Source of the DNA: Octopus vulgaris
Lineage: Eukaryota
Reading direction: 5' to 3'
Assembly (NCBI GenBank): GCA_951406725.2
Contig: OX597814.1
Span: 136,524,001-136,588,000, forward strand
Length of the DNA: 64,000 bases
The number at the start of each line of letters is the position of its first letter. The stretch's first letter is position 1. The notes under the pieces were generated by a model that had not been told where the DNA came from, did not search any database, and saw nothing but the letters and a program-made list of their open reading frames with translations. Both the position numbers and the translations under genes were made by a program. Shown piece by piece: positions 53,181 through 64,000 of this stretch.

Positions 53181-53870
53181 AGCATGCCAGACGAAATCCT
53201 CAACGACATTTCTTCCGGCTCTTTACGTTCTGAGTTCAAATGCCACCCAGGTCGACGTTGCCTTTCATCCTTTTAGGGTCGATGAAAAAAGTAGCAGTTG
53301 AGTTCTGGGGTTTATCTAATTGACTAGCTGCCTCCCACAAAATTTCAGGCCTTGTGCCCATAGCAGAAAGAATAAATATTGATTATAAAGGGGCGCCCTG
53401 GCAGAAGCGTTAAACCACTGAATGAAATAGTTTGTGGTATTTCTTCCGACTATTTACGCTCTGAGTTCAATTCCCGTCAAAGTCAGCTTTACCTTTCTTC
53501 CTTGAGAGTAGAAAAATTAAATCAGTAACACTTTGATTAAAATATTGCAGAAATTTCTACAAGAAAGCTCATTTCATTACAATGTACCCACAAAGTAAAA
53601 ATTTCCGGGTAAATTAATTGATACAGGCATATATAAAAATAAGCATACATATATACATACATTTATATGCACACACATACACACATGCATACATAGTTAT
53701 ATACAGTATATATGTGTATGAATGCATGTTTCTTCATCTGGAGATCAGCATAGTGGTCGCCACATACAATGAAACTGGAATATATAAATAGTAGACCACC
53801 AGACTGTGTGTATGTGCACGTATGTGCGATGGTCATATGAATCTAAGAGAAGATAAACGAAGGCATATAC

Positions 53871-53941
<71 letters not shown>

Positions 53942-53951
53942 AGAGATAGAA

Positions 53952-53988
<37 letters not shown>

Positions 53989-54206
53989 TGCATAAATACA
54001 TATATATATATATATATACACACACATATATATATATACACATACTCAAAATGATAGATAGATGGATAGACATAAATATGTGGAGGGGTGTATGTGAACG
54101 TGTGTGTACACATGTATGTATAGTGAAAGAAATAAAACGCATTGGTGGAAAAACATGCAAATAGTCAAATAAAACAAAACAAGCAAAATGCGTATAAAGA
54201 ATGTGT

Positions 54207-54375
<169 letters not shown>

Positions 54376-54645
54376 GTATATATATATTTATATATATGTG
54401 TGTGTGTGTGTATACCTGTTCGTATACAAACATGCACACAAGCACACGTATACACACACATGCTTGGAAATTGTAGTCGGACACGGACGTGGATATGTCC
54501 CTTTCCTATTGAGGAATTTTAATATATTTGTGAAAGAGTTATATTTTCCCTTCTATATCCAAATGTATAAGAGCGCAATGAACTGTTCCCTCACCGCTTT
54601 ATTAAATCTGGTTGTGATGCGTAGTTGTTTAGCCCCAGGAGAAGA

Positions 54646-54698
<53 letters not shown>

Positions 54699-54721
54699 AA
54701 CTACTACCACCACCACCACCC

Positions 54722-54773
<52 letters not shown>

Positions 54774-54879
54774 CAGCAGCAGTAGCAGCGGTGGTGATGG
54801 TGGTGGTGGTGGTGGTGGTGGTGGTGGTGGTGGTGGTGATTTGATGGTGGTGGCGATGGCGGTAGTAGTGATAATAATC

Positions 54880-54995
54880 TTTTCTACTCAAGGCACAAGG
54901 CCATAAATTTGGGGGGAGGGGTGATCAGTCGATTAGATTGACCCAGTATGTAACTGGTACTTAATTTATCGACCCCAAAAGGATGAAAGGCAAGT
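54880..54995 (-). mobile_element. SINE family B 3' fragment, tail type 2
   Basis: tcttttctactcaaggcacaaggcc...atcgaccccaaaaggatgaaaggcaag. Confidence 0.75.
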
Positions 54996-55154
54996 ATCAA
55001 ATATATAACTACACACAATATATTGTACAGTTAAAACACATACACACTCACATATATATATACGCGAAAATAGTAATATATACTGTTCATACAATTAATT
55101 TTGTGTGTGCTTATATAATTATTTAATATGTATATATGTATATATATAAACATG

Positions 55155-55510
55155 CTGTGTGGTAAGTAGCTTGCTAACCAACCACATGGTTCCGGGTTCA
55201 GTCCCACTGCGTGGCATCTTGGGCAAGTGTCTTCTGCTATAGCCTCGGGCCGACCAAAGCCTTGTGAGTGGATTTGGTAGACGGAAACTGAAAGAAGCCT
55301 GTCGTATATATGTATGTATATATATATATGTGTGTGTGTATGTTTGTGTGTCTGATACTGGTGTGTTTACGTCCCCGTTACTTAGCGGTTCGGCAAAAGA
55401 GAACGATATAATAAGTACTGGGCTTACAAAGAATAAGTCCCGGGGTCGATTTGCTCGACTAAAGGCGGTGCTCCAGCATGGCCGCAGTCAAATGACTGAA
55501 ACAAGTAAAA
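55155..55510 (+). mobile_element. SINE family A copy
   Basis: Homologous to 1342-1747. Confidence 0.88.
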
Positions 55511-56563
55511 AGAAAAAAAAGAAAAATACATACATACATACATACATACATACATACATACATACATACATACATACATACATACGTACGTACGTACATA
55601 CATACGGACGTACGTACACTACAGATCCAAGCCATCACTGGAACTGTAAAAAAATGTATAAAACGTTCCAGAATCTAATCACTTAAGTATATATGAGCAT
55701 GTCTAGACATGCAACTATATGCCTGAGAATACATACATAAAACAAAACGTATAAATCTGCACGTATACATACCTACAAAAACACCCTGTTGATGTTTAAA
55801 TTCCTATAAGGGAGTTTGGGATCAAGGTTAGAAACCGGCTCTTGAAATAAAACTGAATAATGACATAAATACATACATACATACATACATACATACATAC
55901 ATACATACATACATACATACATGCATGCATACATACATACATACGTACATGCATACATACATACATTCATACACACATTCATACATGCATGCATACACTC
56001 ATGCACACATACATAAATGTTCGCGATATCTGGGACTGTAAAAATCTGCAAGACATTCTTAAGATTTAAGGGATGATGGTTAAAACAAGATATTTTCCTT
56101 CACAACCTTGCTATGAAGTAGGTGACCAAACAAAATATACTATAAAGTTATAAAGAGAAAGATCATACATACATACATACATATACTGTAAAAATGGTGT
56201 CAAAATCACGTCGATATCGGATTCTCCACCGATGTGGGGCGTTCTCCAGTTATGCCAAATATGCTTTTCGTTCCGATGTAAATGCTATCAGTTTTCTATC
56301 ATTGTTTCTTTTAATTTGTTTGACGTTCCAACGATAGTATTATTACATTTTTACTCTTTTAATCGTTTCAGCCATGCAGCTGTGGCCATGCTGGTGCACC
56401 ACCATTATTTATTTTTTAAAATTTTATTTTATTGCCCCTTGGAAGGACATGTATTTAGAGGTTAGTTGAAAAAAATTATACTCGAGTTACAATGTCTTGC
56501 AAATACTTATGATTTATCAAGATCTGAATCTCGTCTTTCGACTGACATGAAGCATATACGTTA

Positions 56564-57150
<587 letters not shown>

Positions 57151-58559
57151 GAAAATATTTTCTTTTTTCTTTTTCTTATTCTTTTATTTGTTTCAGTCAT
57201 TTGTCTATATACTCACACGTAGACTTGATATATAATCGGACTTCATATCTTTCGCCTCAATGTCTCAGTTGAACCCGTATATTGTCCACTGTGTATATTT
57301 CGATAGTAAATGTAGGTTACAGCACTATGTATGTATATGTAGAATACTCTGTCCAATACACATGTATATATATTTGCAGCTAAATACCCCGAGTTACATC
57401 TTGAAATGGAGCCCATTAATAATTCATCACACCTTGATCCGGTCGGGTAATCTCTATATGTAGACAACTATCCTTATTTTACTTATTTTTATTTAATAAC
57501 GTCTTTCTGAGTAAATAATTGCCTTGAGGAGATAATTAAGCGTGTTGGAGTTAGCAGACATCGAATTTTAAGCCTGCCTAATCAGCATCGTGAATGATCA
57601 GATAGGATGTACTTGTTAAGGTTGTTGCATGATACTTTTGTGTATATAAATGGAAATCGCACTAATATTTTGCGGTTGAACAGAGAAAAATTTCAGCTTG
57701 AGCCATTCTAATAATAGTCTTCGTTAATGACACGGAGACGGGATGGTCATTTGCCTTGTTCCATAAAGATAAGGAATTTGCATTCCGAGAATGAGTGGAA
57801 GAAGGAAATGTTTGATGTTTCGGATATATATTACAATAACAGTTTATTCACAACACAGCATACATTTAAAATCCAGGATATATATTAAAGCATTTTGCAG
57901 CTTTTAAGTCATCTGCAGTGGAAATTTATAACTTTCTTGTTATAACGTGGTTCTGGGTCCAGTCTCACTGTGTGGCTCTTTGGGCAAGTGTCTTCTAATA
58001 TAGACCAATACCTTATGAGTGAAATCGATGAATGAAAATTTTCATTTCATCCGAGAGAGAAAAACAGATAAGCAAAGAAAGAGACATAGAGAAAAAAAGG
58101 AAAACGAGAATAAAAGATCAGAGACGAGTGAATCTATGTGTGTCTACGAGTGTGCCATTTTTTAAAGAAATCTGCGAGTATGAATACAGATTTACATTTA
58201 GGGATAACTATCCGGATTACATCGGTGCAATTTCATTACGTTCAATCGAACTTGAAAAGTTCGAATTACGTTCATTCGACTTGAAAAAGTTTTAGAGTTC
58301 TTGGTTGGATATTCGTATTTTAGTTTTCAGCATGTATATTGTGTTTTGATTGTATTCGGAAATTAAGAGTTCCCTACTGCACCGTTCCTTTATTAATTTT
58401 ATGTTTTTTGTCCAGTACATACATTGTCATTCGCATAGAAATGTCTAGAAACATGCCTTTAAATGCATCCCATGAAATGGTATACACACCTGCAGGCACA
58501 AGCACGCATGCACACGTTCGTACGCACACAGACACACGGCCGTACGGCTTTTTTTGTGT

Positions 58560-58600
<41 letters not shown>

Positions 58601-59028
58601 ATAATTACTTTTTCTGTTATTTTTGTTGTATACGTACAATTGTTATATCATTTTAATTTGTTTTGTTTGTTTCTGCCTGTCTTTGACGTATATGTTAGAT
58701 ATTTCCATTAGCTCTCTGCACTGGCGCCGCCCAGACGGAGTGGTATCAATGTTAAAAGCACGAAACCATTATGATCTCTTGGACATTGATTGATGAAGAA
58801 TCAGCTGCGAATTTTCCATGTACTATGGTTTTACCAAATTTTCCGTTGGCTGTGTTTTTGTTAAATATTTCCATCTGTGTACTTTTTATTTAATCTTTGA
58901 TGTGTGCGTGGAGGAGGAGGAGGAGTGCGTGCATGTGCGTATGTATGAATATGCACATATGTATACGTAGATAGACAATCAAACAGACAGAAAGACAGGC
59001 AGACAGTTAGACAGACAGACAGACAAAC

Positions 59029-59127
<99 letters not shown>

Positions 59128-59652
59128 GTGCAATAAAACAGATGTGAAGGTAAATTGATGTAAAAATACTTAAAACATGGCCTACTCATTGACAGACTGA
59201 GCCTAACTCATCTCTGTAGTTCATTTTTATTTTGCTCTCTATCTCCACTACTTTTTCTCTCTCTCTCTTCCCCCTCTCTCTTCCTCCCTATCTCCCTCGC
59301 TCTCTCATTTCTCGTTTTTACTTTCAGCTGAAAGACATATTTATCCAATGCATCAAAGATTTCTTTCAATCATTGTGAAATGATACAACAGTTCAACGCG
59401 TTTCCTTTATTCATGCTCTTATAAAAGTATAAATACACACGCATACATACACACAGAGAGATAAATATCGATAGAGATATAATACACACACACCCACACA
59501 ATGATATACACATACAAACGTACATACATACATAATAGATGCATACATACACACACACACACACATACATACATACATACATACATACATACATACATAC
59601 ATACATACATACATACATACATACATACGTACATACATACAACATGCATACA

Positions 59653-59708
<56 letters not shown>

Positions 59709-60164
59709 GCATATATAATGATTTTTTTATGCACAACACAGCGTATATTTAAAAATCTAAGATATATTCAGATTAGCTAAGCTACAGTTTTTAAGCCGTT
59801 TTCTGTGGAAATTGAAACAGGTGTTAAATGCATTCTATTAATCTTTTCGTACACAGAATATGAATTGTTGTTTGGGCATGATTCAAAACTGTAGTTTTAT
59901 TGCTTTAAAATTTATCTTAGCTTTGTAATACACGCTGTGGTGTGCGCACATATTTATTTGTTATGTAATTACACCACGAATAAACGTATAGTATGCAAAT
60001 CAGCGAGAAGAATGTGGCTGAGTTGTAGTTTGTAATTGATTAAAATAACGATTTGTATATAAGTTCTCTTTCGTGGGAAGAAGAATGAGAGGAGCATGAT
60101 TTACCCGCTGATGAACAGTCAACGAAATCTGTAACATGAAGAGGAAATCTTTTTTTCTTCTTCT

Positions 60165-60841
60165 TCTGATATGCGATGTGAGGTCTTAGGATCTGGTCAA
60201 CACAGTGCTGCGTTGTGATGCCATTCCCTCTGCCTGCACCTAAACATTTTGGAATACATGGGCTCAATTCTTTGATTCAGGCATTTAGCGCCCCCAACCA
60301 TGATGCTTTGGCCGCCCTACGCGTCTCTCTCCATGACACATACCTCTCTGTAGCGTTCATCCCTCCTACGCCACATCCTCACTCTGCCACCCGAGGTGGA
60401 AACGCTGTACTGGCTCTCGTCAGAGACTATCGACCTCCATTGTTGATGCCGCCAGTGTCGGTGCTGTGTAGCCCACTGTAATCGTGGCGGGTGGTGAGGA
60501 CAGGCCCTAGAGCAGGACGACGACATTGCAGGTTGTTGGCGGCCAGTCGACGTTGTACTGTGTCGTCGCTGATGGATCACTTTCATGCGATCTGTCACTC
60601 AGGCTGGTCTGAAACGAGCACAGAGTTGTTGCAGGTTGATGAAGCGGTCCTGCCTGAGCGTGGTCACCTGGCAGTGCCCTCTGCGGGCGCGGTCTGCAGT
60701 GCTGTTGATGTTGTATCGCTGTTGCAGATGACAAATGGTGCTGATATGGACATTGTAAGCTTTCGCAACAATCAGGGCACGCTGTCCTGCTTGCAATCGG
60801 CCAACATCTTGTTCTCTCTGCGTTGCTGACAATCGAATCAT
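60165..60841 (-). pseudogene. Tc1-like transposase N-terminal fragment
   Basis: HTH region MIRLSATQREQDVGRLQAG...TTLRQDRFI, and WRSIVSDESQYSVSTSGGRVRMWRRRDERY. Confidence 0.85.
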
Positions 60842-60868
60842 ACCTGATTCGTCTAAATTACAAATAAA

Positions 60869-62040
60869 TTTTATTCCAGCCACAAGGGCCAATCACAGAG
60901 GGGACAGTGCAAATGAATTCAGGGTCTGGGTATCGTATGATATTACACAAAAATGCATTTAAACATTTTATGATAATATAAAACGTACGAAGAGACAGAC
61001 AAAATCACAACACAATAGAGTGGGGGAACTGTTCCGACCCTGCAAGATACGTTCCACCACTGAGCCTTTTGTTTTACTTTTCCGAGATAGCACTCACGTA
61101 GGATCTTTACGTCCCAACATGCGAACCACTTACATCCATCTTTTACCGAACCTAACCGATGACGGGCACTTCATTTCGAACCATATCTTCCTTCGTAGAA
61201 GGAAGACAAAAAAGTTGGTTAATCCTTGGTCAGAAATTAAAGTGCCTGTCACCAATCTTTTCATACGTATTCTCCATACAGCCTCTTTCGCTATAGCGAC
61301 CACAACGAGAGAACAAACCTTACCTTTTGTGCTCAGTGAGGGTGGAGGACCGATCTTTATAACAGACTCGGACGACAGCTGTACTCTTCCAAGCCTAGAC
61401 ATGAGTTGTCCGACGCAAACCCACAACTCCGAAATTCTCGCACACTGCCAAAATGCGTGCAGAACAGATTCACTGTCCCGCCCACAACTCGGACAGGTGG
61501 GTGTGCATGCATGAGGCACCGAGCCTTGCGAGTTTGTCGTGAACTGGCAAGGTTCCTCCGTAATATTGCCAGGCGAGGGACCTCTGGAAATATCCAAAGG
61601 TCCAAGCCGGAACGTCTTTTGGAAGAGGCTGGCAAGTTGGCCTTCGTCGAAGCCCAGGTTTCCCCCAGCGCGTCGTCACACTTGACCTTTACCAACCCTC
61701 TATAAAAGGATGAGGTGGAAGCCACGTTACTAGCGTTGCCCGTGCGGCAGAAGAGCTAGAAGAAACGTTAGCACGGCGGACGAAACGCTTAACGGTATTT
61801 TGTTTGCCACTACGTTCTGAGTTCAAATTCCGCCGAGGTCGACTTTGCCTTTCATCCTTTCGGGGTCGATTAAATAAGTACCAGTTACGCACTGGGGTCG
61901 ATATAATCGACTTAATCCGTTTGTCTCTCCTTGTTTGTCCCCTCTGTGAGTGGCCCTTTGTGGGCAGTAAAGACATAAGAAGAGCACGAGAGTCTTGCGA
62001 TACCCGGCCTACCAAGACCCAACTTTGGCCTACGTTTGAT
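60869..62040 (-). mobile_element. Tx1/L1-clade LINE 3' fragment
   Basis: zf-RVT motif CPSCGRDSESVLHAFWQC, AKEAVWRIR and FGKRWM. Homologous to 10708-11226 with a similar 3' end. Confidence 0.85.
61757..61977 (+). mobile_element. SINE family B (Tx1-type tail) inserted in the Tx1 fragment
   Basis: TSD agaagagc at 61749-61756 and 61978-61985. Removing the SINE restores the frame RKTLVLFCRTGNAS. Confidence 0.85.
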
Positions 62041-62054
62041 ATATATATATATAT

Positions 62055-62189
62055 ATTCGATGGGTTTCTTACAGTTTCCGTCTACCAAATCCACTCACAA
62101 AGCTTTGGTTAACCCGAGACTATAGTAGATGATACTTGCCCAAGGTGCCACGCAGTGTGACTGAACTTCTTACCACACAGCCACACCTG

Positions 62190-62233
<44 letters not shown>

Positions 62234-62405
62234 CATACATACATACCAATGGCTTCCACACAGTTTCCGTATAGCAAATTCGCTCATATGGTATCAGTCG
62301 GCTTGATGCTATATGGTGCTATATGGAAGACACTTACTCAAGGTGCCGCCCAGTGGTTCTAAACTGGAAACCATATGGTTGAAAAGTAAGCCTTTTTACC
62401 ATGCA
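62055..62405 (-). mobile_element. Two SINE family A 5' fragments
   Basis: cagtttccgtctaccaaatccactcac...cccaaggtgccacgcag blocks occur twice. Confidence 0.75.
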
Positions 62406-63259
62406 TCCTTGTTTGCGACTATGATTCACAGTTTACAAGAATATAAAGACTACAAAAATATATACATAACTGAACATTTCAAAAGGAGTTTTAAAAAATT
62501 TCTATTGGACAACACTATAGTTTAAATGTGTTGTAATTGCGGACGACTTGAGACAAGAGACTTAGCGCAGAAGTATTGTTTATTAAGAACTTTATTATTG
62601 TCAAATTATAATTGTTAATTGTCCATTAAGGTCTTTTGTTCGTGGTCAAAAGACTCCGTAATATTTTTGTGTCGTTAAATTATAAAGATAACCTAATATT
62701 AATTTTTTTTCCCCTAAATTCAGTTTGTTTATTCTCTTATTGGTGTATGCGTGCCGTCAATAATGACGTCAAATATGTTTAGATTAATTAAAAGTATCGA
62801 AAATGATCATGAAATAAAATGAACACATATGTGATTAGTTATTGTTTATTGCAAATGGTAGAATAAGAAGTTGACGTTTGTTTAACGTCTAGGAAGCTTG
62901 ATGTTAGTCGGTGGTATTAAAATTATATTTGGTCATAACGAATCTGTTCCTTCCTTTCACACTGTCAATCTATATTTGGGCATATATATACATATTTATG
63001 TTTATAGGTTGCCCCTTATACATATATTCAGTACTTATACATATATACTTATATACTTATGCATTTAAACAGACATACATACACACAGTACACACATTTA
63101 TTCAAGGTTGCCTTTTTTATACACACACACACACACACACACATTTATACACATACACACACACACACATATATATATATATAAAATATAATATAATATA
63201 AATAATATATAAATATATGCATATATACATACGTATAAGTACATACCTACATCTATATG

Positions 63260-63600
63260 TATATACACATGCATATACGGGTACAGGACAAAAAAAAACA
63301 TTGAACACAATGAGAAACGAAAACATAAAAACAAAAAAAAACATAGAAACGAACTATTTTTTAAACAACGAAATAACAGAGTACATGACATACAACGCAA
63401 GGAACATTCCCCTTCTTCTGTCCCTGTTTCGTTTACTCCGCGTTCGAAGGTAAGGACAAGACGCGACTTCATGGAAACAATCCTTCCCGCAAAGCAAATT
63501 AAATAAAATTTGGGATTTTTTGCGGAGGAGTAAAAATGGTAACAAGAACAGGACAATAAGAACAAAACAAGACAGTAAAAACAATAAAAGTAAAACCAAT
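63260..63600 (-). repeat. Second copy of the 7240-7560 Penelope-like body
   Basis: Reverse-complement similarity; both translate as QILFNLLCGK.CF..V.SCPYLR. Confidence 0.8.
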
Positions 63601-63602
63601 AT

Positions 63603-63680
<78 letters not shown>

Positions 63681-64000
63681 ATGTTTATATATGTCTGTAT
63701 ATGTATATAAATGTATAGGTAGGTGTAAATATCTATCTAACGGCGTATCTATCTATACATCCGCGCACACGCACACACACTTACGCACTCACACACACTC
63801 ACACACACACTCACTCTCTGTCTCACACACACAAACACACACATATGATATCTCTTACCGTTTGAGTCACTGGATTGCGGCCATACTGGAGATGTTTAGT
63901 CGAAAATATCCAAGCCGTACTTAAAAAAAACAAAAAAACTGGTCCTTATTGTAGTATATTTTCTTATGCAAAACCGTTAAGTTGTACTCTCTCCTTCTCT

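Overview
AT-rich eukaryotic genomic DNA with no recognisable host protein-coding exon, so probably intergenic or deep intronic. The SINE families and extreme microsatellite density suggest a coleoid cephalopod such as Octopus (inference). Most ORFs in the track are microsatellite artefacts. The real content is nested, decayed transposons: Tc1/mariner-superfamily relics (two DD37D/maT, one mariner, one DD41D-like, one Tc1, one MITE), a complete but frameshifted hAT with TIRs and an 8-bp TSD, two Tx1/L1-clade and two RTE-clade LINEs, Helitron-like non-autonomous elements, many tRNA-derived SINEs, a 5S rRNA pseudogene and interstitial TTAGGG repeats. The most interesting signals are three. (1) Several long fold-back (inverted-repeat) elements carry minimal hammerhead-ribozyme-like motifs, one near-canonical at 3676-3728, suggesting non-autonomous Penelope-like or retrozyme-type elements. 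(2) A SINE shares its 3' tail with the Tx1 LINEs here, occurs as TSD-bounded 184-bp concatemers and uses two alternative tails. (3) A ~555-bp element is inserted twice in tandem into (TAA)n.
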